A DNA stretch of 64,000 nt from Bacillota bacterium (GCA_023228885.1 JALOAJ010000010.1:1350-65349), one strand, 5' to 3'. Positions 18,901 through 27,410 are shown, counted from the stretch's first letter. Made by a program: numbers and translations. Notes: generated from the letters alone by a model not told the origin.

Positions 18901-21900
18901 TTTATCTCGCGCAGCCACTGTTATTACAGCCGTTCCTATTGCCATAGCGTTTATCATTCCATCGCTGTCAACTGACGCCACGCGTTCATCAGAGGAAGAC
19001 CATGCTACCTCATTATTGATCCAGTCATTGCCATTGGTGTCCTTTAATATTATATTTGAAGCCGCCGACCAGGAATCCCCTATCCCTATTGTTCTGTCAG
19101 CCGCCATGCCCACGATGGAGGCTAAGGTTGATATTTCATTACCTTCGCCTACTCCGCCCAGTATGGGCATTTCGTTGTTGGCTCCAACCTTGCTGCCCCA
19201 TACCGGAATTGCGGCAAAATCAAATCCACTGTACGCATACTGCGAACGCAACTCATCCCCAACAAGCTCAGTGAGCAAAGCGGCGTTAGATGTAGCGCCG
19301 GTAATCTCACCAAAGTAAGAATTAGTTATGGATTCACTGTTGCCGCCTCTCATGAATACATCCATAATAGCGCTACCCGTAGGAGAATTCTCCCTTGCGG
19401 CGCTTATTTCAGTTCCCACTGTGTAGCAGCTTGAAATCGAGTATCCCGACGAACCAGTCCCGGCAAAAGCTCCGGTGAATATGTTTCTGGAACCGATGGC
19501 GGAAACCGAAGGCGCAGCCGCATAACAGTTGGTTATCGTACCGTTGGCCGTACCCATAAGCCCGCCCACCTGAATGGTAGCGCCGTAGTTCTGCGTTCCT
19601 TCAACAGCACCTGCGTTACCCGAAACACTGCCCCTTGAATAGCATCTATTTGTGGTAGTGGAAGCGGACAGGCTGGTTCCAATAAGCCCGCCCATGTTAT
19701 ATGTGTGGTTAGCGATCAGTCCGGTGATCTCTCTTGCAACATTCAAGTTTATATCAATCAGCGAATGGCACCCGTCTATTGTCACCCCTGAGGCAGCCGA
19801 GTCAATACAGGCAATAAGCCCACCAACCCTGCCGGCCACTGAACGTGAACGGTTTATGGAACTGACCACATTTATTCTGCCGCCAGTTACAGAGCAATCC
19901 ATAACCGCCGTAGTTCCTCTTATATTCGCAGCTAAAGCGCTGACAAAAAAATTCGACAACCCGGATCCGCTGAGGTTTACCGTTGTTCCAGCAATGGGAA
20001 TCACAATATTTACCCCGCTGATTTCAGCTTCTCCGTCTACATAACCGAAAAGTCCACCGATATAAGGATTAGTTGTTTTTGACGCGCTGCTCCAACCGAA
20101 ATTTGTTATCGAATATCCGCCGCCGTCATATTTTCCTTGAAACGCAGTGGCGTCAGTGTCTCCTATCGCAGCTCCCCATGCAGAAGTAAGAGCAATGCTT
20201 TGAGTTTGCCTGTAATATTTGTCGCTATATTCCGCCGAGGTATCGGAAGCGTTTATAAGAGATACCATTTCTCTTATATCCTGATCCCTCGAAATTCTAA
20301 AGGGATCCTCCGGCGTTCCCTTGCCGCCTGAAAAAAGATCACCTAAGAGCACGGCTATTGCCACCGTATTGGATTCCGTGCCGCCTCCGATCAGCTTAAA
20401 GTAATATGTGCCGGCCACGGCAGTTGTCATGGCTGCTGTAACAGTTGACACGCCATCGGCTAAGGGAGCCACCATAATGGAAAGACCGGTAGGCTGAACT
20501 CCTGCAGAGCCTGATGCGTTTGTACAAAATATGATGTCGAATACAGTTCCGTCTTGAATGTTTTCCGCTGACACATTAAAGACCACAGTGCCCGGCATAC
20601 CTTCCATTAAAGCTCCGATTTGCTCCGGATGTATGATTATGTCCGGAATTGGTTCAATCACGGTCACGACAGCCACATTGGATTCTGCTCCTCCCCCGGT
20701 CAGCTTAAAATAATATGTGCCCACCGCCGTAGCCGCAGATGACGACACGGTAACGGTCGATGCATTGCCTGACACGGCGGAGGAGATTATTGTTACACCT
20801 GCCGGCGGAGCTCCCACAGACCCCTGAGCATCCGAGCAATATACGGTTGTGAGTACAGAGGAGTTTGCAATATTTGCCGTTGCTACACTAAATGTCGCGG
20901 TTCCCGTCTTTCCCGTTGTCAACACTCCGTTTTGTATCGGGTTTATATTTATAGAAGGAGTAGAAGCAGCTGTTACGGTCACCGTACATACTGCGGTTAC
21001 ACTGCTTTTATCTTTTGCTGCTGCGGTTATATTGACTGGGCCGCCCTTGGAAACTGCAGTTATGTTTCCGTTTCCGTCAACCGTTGCTATATCTGTATTT
21101 GAAGATGTCCATGTCACCTCGTTATTTATCCAAGTTTCTCCTGTTGCATCCCGAAGTGCAAGGCTCACAACCGCCATTCCTGTCATTCCCACATTTATCG
21201 TATGTGATGTAATCATACCGGAAATCAAGGTTAACTCTGAGGCAAGGCTTCCTTCTCCTACACCCTTTAATATGGGCATATTGCCGTTTATGCCGCCCTT
21301 ATTCCCCCATATATTGTCAAAATCAAACCCATCAAACGCATATTGTGTTTTAAGCTGGTTAGCGGGCAAATCGAGCACCTCATGCCGGTTCAATTGATTG
21401 TATAATCCCACATTCAAGCCGTAATAACAGCCGGTAACCGGATTGGGATCGGGGACAGTCGTGCCGCCGCCGATAAACAAATCCGCACGTGTAGTCGCCG
21501 TAGAGCCTGCCCTCTTAACATCCACGATGGTTCCTGCCGAGTAGCATCTGGTCACTGTACTTCCGTCGAATGTCGTGTTGGCAAAAGCGCCAGCATATGA
21601 ATTTCTGGAACCGTATCCGTAAACCGTTTCCGCAGTTGAGTAGCAATCGGATACGGCGCCGCCAATTTGCGCCATAAAACCGCCGGCGTAAACGCTGGCA
21701 CCGGCAGTGCCATTTTCAATAACAGTGGAGTCAGCCGATACGCTACCCTTTGAATAGCATCTGCTTATCTCGGCATTTTCGGCAGAGACCGATGAACGCC
21801 CAATAAAGCCGCCAACATAATAGTTATGATTAGAGGCTACACCTGTAATGCGGGTTTTTGACTCAAAACCCACATTCACCTCAGAGTAAGAACCAGTAAC

Positions 21901-22539
21901 AGATACAGCCGCAGCGTTTTCAATGCTACCAATCAATCCGCCGACATAGACGCCGACTCCGCCTTTTCGCGTCAGGGTGCTTTCAATCTTCCAAGCGCCG
22001 CCGGATACAGAACAATCTGTAATTTTTACAGAGCCCTGAACATTTGCCGCCAACGCGCCGGCATGAAGGGCTGCCATTGAGTCTCCGCCAATGGTGAGCG
22101 CCGAGCCACCGACTGCAATCACTATGTTGACGCCTGTTATTTTTGCGTCACCCATTACATATCCAAAAAGACCTGCTACATAAGGGTTTGCCGTTACGGC
22201 TGCCGCAGTCCATCTTAAATTAGCTATTAAAAAACCGCCGCCGTCATATTCGCCCCGAAACGCATTGGCTGCAGTCCTTCCTATAACATCCCCCCAGGAA
22301 TTCTCAAGCGTAATGACCTGCGTCTGACTGTAATGCTTGTCATTGTAGTCAGCAGTCGTTTCGGAGTCATTTATAAGCGATGCCATATCGCGTAAATCCT
22401 GTTCTGTCGAAATCAAATATGGATCGTTTGCCACTCCTGTTCCTCCTGAGAAATCTCCTAAAGCGGAATAGGTCTGGAATGAAATAAACGGGCTAAGCAC
22501 CGCCATTATCGTAAGAACCGCTAAAAACCTTTTTATCAT
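15919..22539 (-). CDS. giant multidomain SLH-anchored surface protein (2 GLUG beta-helix modules, 2 Big_2-like domains, 6 novel ~100-aa repeats, FN3, 3 SLH)
   Basis: Start chosen at ATG 22539 (RBS AGAGGGGGA; signal peptide MIKRFLAVLTIMAVLSPFISFQTYSA). GLUG motifs include VGGLIGS, VGGFIGR and MGGLIGT. Big_2-like: TWTSSNTDIATVDGNGNITAVSKG. FN3: PGAPVNLMASGITQTSLTLSWT...YTFEVTA. Gly/Ser linker. SLH: FKDVPGHWAYVSIMALYDLGIVNGGGDGDFYPQNNITRAEF and following. Confidence 0.85.
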   Translation of the reverse strand: MIKRFLAVLTIMAVLSPFISFQTYSALGDFSGGTGVANDPYLISTEQDLRDMASLINDSETTADYNDKHYSQTQVITLENSWGDVIGRTAANAFRGEYDGGGFLIANLRWTAAAVTANPYVAGLFGYVMGDAKITGVNIVIAVGGSALTIGGDSMAALHAGALAANVQGSVKITDCSVSGGAWKIESTLTRKGGVGVYVGGLIGSIENAAAVSVTGSYSEVNVGFESKTRITGVASNHNYYVGGFIGRSSVSAENAEISRCYSKGSVSADSTVIENGTAGASVYAGGFMAQIGGAVSDCYSTAETVYGYGSRNSYAGAFANTTFDGSTVTRCYSAGTIVDVKRAGSTATTRADLFIGGGTTVPDPNPVTGCYYGLNVGLYNQLNRHEVLDLPANQLKTQYAFDGFDFDNIWGNKGGINGNMPILKGVGEGSLASELTLISGMITSHTINVGMTGMAVVSLALRDATGETWINNEVTWTSSNTDIATVDGNGNITAVSKGGPVNITAAAKDKSSVTAVCTVTVTAASTPSININPIQNGVLTTGKTGTATFSVATANIANSSVLTTVYCSDAQGSVGAPPAGVTIISSAVSGNASTVTVSSSAATAVGTYYFKLTGGGAESNVAVVTVIEPIPDIIIHPEQIGALMEGMPGTVVFNVSAENIQDGTVFDIIFCTNASGSAGVQPTGLSIMVAPLADGVSTVTAAMTTAVAGTYYFKLIGGGTESNTVAIAVLLGDLFSGGKGTPEDPFRISRDQDIREMVSLINASDTSAEYSDKYYRQTQSIALTSAWGAAIGDTDATAFQGKYDGGGYSITNFGWSSASKTTNPYIGGLFGYVDGEAEISGVNIVIPIAGTTVNLSGSGLSNFFVSALAANIRGTTAVMDCSVTGGRINVVSSINRSRSVAGRVGGLIACIDSAASGVTIDGCHSLIDINLNVAREITGLIANHTYNMGGLIGTSLSASTTTNRCYSRGSVSGNAGAVEGTQNYGATIQVGGLMGTANGTITNCYAAAPSVSAIGSRNIFTGAFAGTGSSGYSISSCYTVGTEISAARENSPTGSAIMDVFMRGGNSESITNSYFGEITGATSNAALLTELVGDELRSQYAYSGFDFAAIPVWGSKVGANNEMPILGGVGEGNEISTLASIVGMAADRTIGIGDSWSAASNIILKDTNGNDWINNEVAWSSSDERVASVDSDGMINAMAIGTAVITVAARDKINVYKSCVVNVTATSEPDIEILPVQNGVLIAGTPGEAVFSVVTMNIDDGAAFNVIYCANADGAPGSQPGGMTVMAAGVTGERSVVTVNATGEISGGIYYFKLIGEEDGEFGGAESNVASIVVSSAAPAITVEAPQMGEVKEGTAGMASFNLTTANITSGAPIVPIYCDNEGNDIGAPPNGIIITAHADLVTVTVSPESVTGTYYFKLASCGAESNLASLVLTPAPRINIATIQSKLLVQGIADAAVIDVIAANIPDNTPLEVIYCTNSAGEPASQPVGITITANDIVGNTSKIYVTTTEIAAAGMYYFKLTGGEAVSINTGAVVINEATITIGRQMGNVTERVNGRATYEVETTYIPNDTALDVLYCNDAAGTVIINEPPAGVDISVSDISNNTSLITALTTTDTASGTYFFRLTSGNAISNTAVLNIISRGASSDVVALISALDNNAAYYPQLNCIALTQSAVLGYSAEVPSGTAMIIPSGMTLTISEGITLTVSENSGPLVLEGNGSRVETYGILNASNGELSIADGAMIGVFGLGGLSYDGVNIVGTKDAPSVFTLGEGANMNMTCLPSGNVCRYSFTGVFRQNIDHTIDGGRKIISLQGASLIVAGGVSLTLTGTAAEMDSTSSIFIAERSKLAVNSLSSIKADKGAVIKAESAGGLVTDGGSQAAGVMGSDGMGHWLQVPGAPVNLMASGITQTSLTLSWTIPEGSVTGYSVYMNRSKFQAELTATSLSFSGLAPYTSYTFEVTADNNGVSSEPAVLSVRTLSASGLPGSGGGGGSSGRGGSVTSVGINIPLIADTQPTEAGKESREAFKDVPGHWAYVSIMALYDLGIVNGGGDGDFYPQNNITRAEFIKMTLSAFDIQPSSKGEISFADIDSGEWYAPWVVAAAEAKIITGYTNGLFGANDFITREDAATVISRVAGSSYGLQPADNMVFMDEDNISEYAKEAVALMKTAGIISGYPDGTFLPKNNLTRAESAKMIEKAIEIYVSK
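17611..18858 (-). repeat. four in-frame ~100-aa coding repeats (R3-R6) in the giant surface protein
   Basis: Each unit carries xIYC(A/D/T/N)N...G(A/V)xPxG...(T/G)(Y/M)Y(Y/F)F(K/R)L(T/I/A)xG..(E)SN. On the plus strand the motif appears as recurrent ...TTAAA(A/G)TAATA... strings near 17665, 17975, 18285 and 18600. Confidence 0.75.
20344..20961 (-). repeat. two in-frame ~100-aa coding repeats (R1-R2) of the same family
   Basis: Units end in GTYYFKLTGGGAESNVAVVTV and GTYYFKLIGGGTESNTVAIAV. Each has a single conserved Cys (VYCSDAQG, IFCTNASG). Confidence 0.75.
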
Positions 22540-22594
22540 GTTGAAGCTTCCCCCTCTACGCAACACTTTTTTTACCATCCGCCCTCTTTTTGGT

Positions 22595-25108
22595 TCAATA
22601 CCTTTTGCTTTCTATGGCGGGCATTAGGATGTCTATTCCGTGCCATATAAATACGGATACATGTATGTTTTCCGTATCACTGATAATAATTTCGTCTGAA
22701 ATCAGTTTGCCTTGTTTCTGTGCTTCTATTACCGCCGGCACGGGCGAAAACGCCAAATTTGTCAAGCAGTCATTTTTGTAAACCGCCATTATTAATTGAT
22801 AGTCTTGCGCTTCTTCGCTTGTGTTTTTCACAAGAGCTTCCGCGCGAAGCTTTCCTATTTTCGGTTTGTCAATATTTTCAACCTCACCATTTTCGAGAAC
22901 CTTTACAAGGCTCAAAGCGGTGCGGCTTTTGCCCACACGCTCTTTCATCTGCCTCTCATACAAGCTTAACGGTTGCGCAAGATCATCAAGCTGTTCAAAA
23001 TGAGCGTCCCCCACTGCGAATACACCATCATATGTAAAATTACTTTGCGACTGAGCGTTGGTCCAGTCAGCGCCGCCTGACAGATCGCGTCCCGGCTCGC
23101 TGCAATGAATTCCACCGGCGCCTATAACAAAATTCTGTGCGGTGGGAGGCTTCATTGCGAGAATCAAGGGAGTGTTACAGTTCCAAAAAACAACCTGCGC
23201 CCCCGTCCAGCCGTGCCCTGTTCCGGCATCACCCCTATTTACCGCCGCCAGCCCGGAGCCAGGACCCTGTGACTTGATGTTATCAAACAAGACTCCGGTT
23301 GCCCACCTTTGATGTGTTTCGGAAGACGAGTAGGTATGCTCCGCTTCGCTTCTTGTAAAAACATTAGGCCCGGGAGCTCTTTGACCCACCGAAAAGTCAT
23401 GCCTTGATTTAAAGGAATAACAATCCATAACTAAATTTTGCTGACCGGAAATTGTAAAGGAGGAGCGGTAGCCGCCAAGTATGGGCGATACTCCGTCTAA
23501 AAATTCACATTCCTCAACGGTAACGCATTTCGCGCCTGTTCCAATGCTTACACTTGCGCCGGACATAAACACAGAGGTTACATTTTTCACCCATGAATTT
23601 ACCGCATTATTAACCGAAATGCCGGTTGTGGCGTGGTTAAGGTCGCTGTGTGACCACCAGCCGTTCGGTCGGGTTTCGCTGACAGCCGGGTCAAAATAGG
23701 ATTCAATCCGCAGATCCTCAACCGCAGATTTTTCGATTCTTGTTGGCCATGACATCTTGTATATATCTGTCACATCGTATTCCTGATTCAGCGAATCCAC
23801 AATCGGAACATCAAAATAAACACAGCCTCCGTCAGTGGCCGTAACCGTTTTTTCATAATGGTATTGATAGGCGGAGGTCGTCCAGGCAATCGGATTCCTA
23901 ATTGAGTTTATGAAAAATCGATCCTCTGCTCCCATTTCAAGCTCATCAATCCATGACTGCTGTTTTTGGACATGAAGGACAATTTCGTCTCCCGGGTTGT
24001 AACCTGACGCGTCATTGACCAGGACATGCTGCGAGCCAACGGGAACATAATCGTCAATTACTCTTCTTCTTGTCCCTTCCTCCTCCTGCCGCGTGCCGGA
24101 ACCTGATAAGGTAATCACTGTATATTGCGTCCTGCTGTTGGCGTAAAGTATCGTTCCGTCGTTTCCCTGTCCTTCTCCGCGAAGGACCACGCCTGACGCG
24201 CTGATTTCCAATGGCTTTGCAACCGTGTATAACCCCTTTTTCAGCAACACCGAGCCTCTTATACCATTTTCATCCGGCTGCAATGCCGAAACGGAATCAA
24301 TCGCATCTTGAATCATCTGCGAATCATCGTTATAAAGCTCGATTTCATGAATTCCGGGGTTGCCCGAAACGGCAGTGAAATATAAGCTGATGTACTGAGC
24401 CTTAACCGGTGAGTTGAATTTTACAATATCTCTGTATATTCTGTTGGACATCACACGTCCTGCTGTCAGACCGGAATGAGGCACATCGGGGGTGTTAACA
24501 CCTCCCTCAAGACTGTCCTCCGCAAAAGTTCTAAGTCGGAAGCTTGATAACGGTGGCGGTGCACCTGCCACATTGTTACTGCGATAGCTGTAAATAACCG
24601 CCGTGTGAAAAGTTTTGGGGCTTTGCAGATTAAGAGTAAGCCTTTTCTCTCCTGTTACAGCAATAGAGCTATATCCCCATCTGTTATGCTGATCGTCCTT
24701 AATGCCGTCTATCGCTTTCCAAAAATTTTGCTTAGTAGTCTCGTTGTTGAGCACATGCCCTGTTGTAGACGAGCTTTTCACAACTATGTTCTCATAATTG
24801 CTGTCCGTCAGCGCCGCGTTCCCCAGAGCCTCCTGCTTCGCCTGTTGGATAATGTTTCCTGCATCACTACGAGTGCTTCCCGTTGGGTTCAGCGTAATCT
24901 TAACGGGAACCTTAGGAATCGGCTCCTCACCATGCTTATATCCCACATAGGAAAAATCGGGCAGTATATCCCCTCTGTCGGAATAGGAATTGTAGTGCAG
25001 CTTCCCGTCATCAATCGTAGCAATGCCCGCTTGGTTTCCGACAACAGGGCAAGCTGCCGTAACGCATAAAATATATACCGTAAGAAATATGCACACCTTT
25101 TTTTTCAA
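22595..25108 (-). CDS. secreted right-handed beta-helix (pectate-lyase-fold-like) protein with an inserted F5/8-type-C (discoidin)-like domain
   Basis: Signal peptide present. The N-terminal ILPDFSYVGYKHGEEPIP and later MIQDAIDSVSAL...GSVLLKKGLYTVAKPLEISASGVVLRGEG are typical of beta-helix glycanases. Between them, NFWKAIDGIKDDQHNRWGY...AQYISLYFTAVSGNPGIHEIELY looks like a discoidin/CBM32-type domain. The family is not identified. Confidence 0.55.
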   Translation of the reverse strand: MKKKVCIFLTVYILCVTAACPVVGNQAGIATIDDGKLHYNSYSDRGDILPDFSYVGYKHGEEPIPKVPVKITLNPTGSTRSDAGNIIQQAKQEALGNAALTDSNYENIVVKSSSTTGHVLNNETTKQNFWKAIDGIKDDQHNRWGYSSIAVTGEKRLTLNLQSPKTFHTAVIYSYRSNNVAGAPPPLSSFRLRTFAEDSLEGGVNTPDVPHSGLTAGRVMSNRIYRDIVKFNSPVKAQYISLYFTAVSGNPGIHEIELYNDDSQMIQDAIDSVSALQPDENGIRGSVLLKKGLYTVAKPLEISASGVVLRGEGQGNDGTILYANSRTQYTVITLSGSGTRQEEEGTRRRVIDDYVPVGSQHVLVNDASGYNPGDEIVLHVQKQQSWIDELEMGAEDRFFINSIRNPIAWTTSAYQYHYEKTVTATDGGCVYFDVPIVDSLNQEYDVTDIYKMSWPTRIEKSAVEDLRIESYFDPAVSETRPNGWWSHSDLNHATTGISVNNAVNSWVKNVTSVFMSGASVSIGTGAKCVTVEECEFLDGVSPILGGYRSSFTISGQQNLVMDCYSFKSRHDFSVGQRAPGPNVFTRSEAEHTYSSSETHQRWATGVLFDNIKSQGPGSGLAAVNRGDAGTGHGWTGAQVVFWNCNTPLILAMKPPTAQNFVIGAGGIHCSEPGRDLSGGADWTNAQSQSNFTYDGVFAVGDAHFEQLDDLAQPLSLYERQMKERVGKSRTALSLVKVLENGEVENIDKPKIGKLRAEALVKNTSEEAQDYQLIMAVYKNDCLTNLAFSPVPAVIEAQKQGKLISDEIIISDTENIHVSVFIWHGIDILMPAIESKRY

Positions 25109-25142
25109 AACAATCTCCCCTATGATTCCCTGAATTCATTAA

Positions 25143-25177
25143 GCTTTGCAGGGCGCACCGGGTGAGCCCTGCAAAGC
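25143..25177 (-). terminator. 12-bp stem-loop between the 547-aa gene and the 837-aa gene
   Basis: GCTTTGCAGGGC, an 11-nt loop, then GCCCTGCAAAGC, about 55 nt downstream of the stop at 25230. The U-tract is weak, so this may be a partial terminator or a processing site. Confidence 0.4.
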
Positions 25178-25229
25178 ATGGTGCAAAATTTACAAAAAGG
25201 ACATGTGCCGCGGTTTGTGTTATCAGGCT

Positions 25230-26873
25230 CTAATTCATGGTAATCGGTGTAAATCCTTTATACAGCGGTTTCATATCCTTTGCATCCCGCCATACCATCA
25301 GCTTGAAGCTGGAGCCTGTCAAATCTATCTGTCCGCCTACATCAAGAGTAACCGTAACATCACCGTCACCGGCAGGGATAGCCACATTATCACACCATGG
25401 CCTAATTAATGCATTACCAATAGTGTCATACTGCGCCGCAATTATGAACACACTGTTTCCCGCTCCTAATTTCATGCGGTCTACAGAAACCTTTGCCTCT
25501 ATAGCATCCGATGCGGATATACTTGCCGCTGGCGCATTACCGCCATTTACCGTAAAGTATATATTAGTAATTTCAAAAAGGTTTCCTTCGCCAATGCCGC
25601 GCAACACAGGGCTACCGTTGTTTACATAGCGGCTTGCTGTCCATATATCAGAAAAATCAAATCCAGTAAATGAATTCGGGTTTTTAAGCTCATCGGCGTC
25701 TAATTCCACCGCTCCATTCGCCGCAGCCTGATTAGCCTCCGGTGCGTCTGAGGTAACTAAGCCGTAATAACAGTTGCTTATATAAGCTGCGTCGCCTGCG
25801 CCTATAAAGCAACTTGTGCTATTAACGCCGGTGCCGCTTCCCGAATGGTTGGTATCCACGGAAACTCCTGATACATAGCAGTTTGACACACCGTAGGAGG
25901 TGTTGCTCGTTCTGCCGAAAGCGCCGACATGCGCATTGCTGTCAGACTTGACCGCAACCTTTTCAGCGATTACATAGCAGTTTGTGATAACACCGCCTAC
26001 ACCCCCCATAAATCCTCCGACATTGGCTCTTGTGCTGCTTACTCCGGTTAACCCCCTTAGGTCAATATCCACATTGCCTTTTACATAGCATCTGTCTATC
26101 GTTGAGCTTCCGTTGTCGCACCGCCCGATCAGTCCGCCTGCAATAACTGTGGTGGTGGCTCCCAGTTTGCTGAAAGGAACCGTATTTCTAACTTTAAAAT
26201 CTGCCTCTGAATAGCAATCACTTACCTCCGCTGCCGCGTTTGTGTGAATATATCCTATAAGACCTCCGATCCTTCCGTTGTTAGCGCCGGTGCCGGTCCG
26301 CGTAATATTTACATTAGCGATAAAGCTTCCGCCTGTTAGTGAGCATTCCGAAACTTCCGTTGCCCCGTTGATATGTCCTATCAGTGCGCCGATATAAAAG
26401 TTTTGAACTGTTCCGGCAAAGGTCAGTGCTGTTCCTTCGCTTGGAATAACAAGATTAACACCTGTAATTTTTGCTCCGGCTCCCGTATATCCGAACAAGC
26501 CTGCATAATATGGATTAAGGTTAGATTCGCTCACTAATTTAAAGTTGGTTATTTTAAATCCCTGTCCATCGTATTCACCACAGAACATATGTGTGTTATT
26601 CCCTATTGTTTCGGTGTTTTTCCATGCCTCCGACAACTCAATATCGTTCGTTTGCTTATAAAACTTGTCTCCAAAGTTCGTATTATCAATGTTTACCCTC
26701 ACTGCCAGCAGCCTTAAATCCTCTTCATTTGCAATTTCATAAGCAGTTGCGGCAGTTAATCCGTCCCCATTTCCCGTTGAAAACGGACTGTCGGCGAAAA
26801 CCGGAGCGGAAGGCAAAACCGCCCCTAACATAACAATTACCGCAATCAATACCAAAAGCTTTCTGTTCATCAA
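25230..26873 (-). CDS. secreted GLUG-motif beta-helix protein (third copy of the module found twice in the giant protein)
   Basis: Signal peptide MMNRKLLVLIAVIVMLGAVLPSAPVFA. It is collinear with modules A1/A2: AYEIANEEDLRLL...FYKQTNDIEL...FCGEYDGQGFKITNF...NPYYAGLFGY...ITGVNLVIP...IGGLIGY...FTGFDFSDIW...PVLRGIGEG. Confidence 0.75.
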   Translation of the reverse strand: MMNRKLLVLIAVIVMLGAVLPSAPVFADSPFSTGNGDGLTAATAYEIANEEDLRLLAVRVNIDNTNFGDKFYKQTNDIELSEAWKNTETIGNNTHMFCGEYDGQGFKITNFKLVSESNLNPYYAGLFGYTGAGAKITGVNLVIPSEGTALTFAGTVQNFYIGALIGHINGATEVSECSLTGGSFIANVNITRTGTGANNGRIGGLIGYIHTNAAAEVSDCYSEADFKVRNTVPFSKLGATTTVIAGGLIGRCDNGSSTIDRCYVKGNVDIDLRGLTGVSSTRANVGGFMGGVGGVITNCYVIAEKVAVKSDSNAHVGAFGRTSNTSYGVSNCYVSGVSVDTNHSGSGTGVNSTSCFIGAGDAAYISNCYYGLVTSDAPEANQAAANGAVELDADELKNPNSFTGFDFSDIWTASRYVNNGSPVLRGIGEGNLFEITNIYFTVNGGNAPAASISASDAIEAKVSVDRMKLGAGNSVFIIAAQYDTIGNALIRPWCDNVAIPAGDGDVTVTLDVGGQIDLTGSSFKLMVWRDAKDMKPLYKGFTPITMN

Positions 26874-26983
26874 TAAAACCTCCTATATCTTTCTTTGAAA
26901 TATTTTTTGATTTTCTCGTGTTTTCTCACGTTTTTAATTTTTGCCTATTCACTAATGCTTATCATAAAACTTACCCTATCACA

Positions 26984-27410
26984 TCACACTGAGTAAGCAA
27001 TCAAAGCCGCTTCTCTTACATTCCTCCCGCGCTTTGAGATGCAAGCGCCGCTTTTGTTTTGCCGGAGTTGTTCTCAGTCAGATTATATCCGACATATTTT
27101 GAAATCTGTCTGTCGCTGCCGAACCTCGCCGTGTCGCCAACCTCGACCAAAAACGATGCCGTCGTCACAATCCCAATTCCCTTTATTCCAAGTATTTGAT
27201 TGGCATATCCAGCTCCGCTATCAAATATTTAAGTCTTAACCTTGCCGAATCTAAGCCATGTTAGAAATCGGCTGAACCCTTTATCGCTTCGATTAGCTGT
27301 CTTACTTTTTTCAATCCAACGGTCTTTTTAACTGCTTTCTTAATTTCCGCAAGCAAACCGCCTTCGCACAACTTCAAGATGAAAGCCGGATGTATCTAAC
27401 AACTTAATTG
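26984..27410 (-). pseudogene. IS110-family transposase C-terminal remnant (stops and frameshift, N-terminal catalytic domain missing)
   Basis: The minus-strand reading gives ...LRLKYLIAELDMPIKYLE*, then ILGIKGIGIVTTASFLVEVGDTARFGSDRQISKYVGYNLTENNSGKT, then a frameshift, then ACISKRGRNVREAAL. These are the IPGIG...RF...ISKRG hallmarks of IS110 transposases. Confidence 0.7.

Noticed and set aside
17611-20961. About 300-nt periodic repeats that could be mistaken for a repeat array or satellite
   Set aside because: They are in-frame, divergent coding repeats of the giant surface protein (conserved at the protein level, degenerate at the DNA level). They are not CRISPR or non-coding tandem repeats.
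18380-21397. Plus-strand ORFs up to 182 aa inside the giant surface-protein gene
   Set aside because: They are antisense to a well-supported 2200-aa ORF. The translations are repetitive Ala/Pro/Ser/Thr strings that mirror the sense repeats.
26900-26925. TTTTCTCGTG TTTTCTCACG near-repeat upstream of the 547-aa GLUG gene
   Set aside because: It is a short, imperfect single occurrence in an AT-rich leader. That is insufficient to propose an operator.
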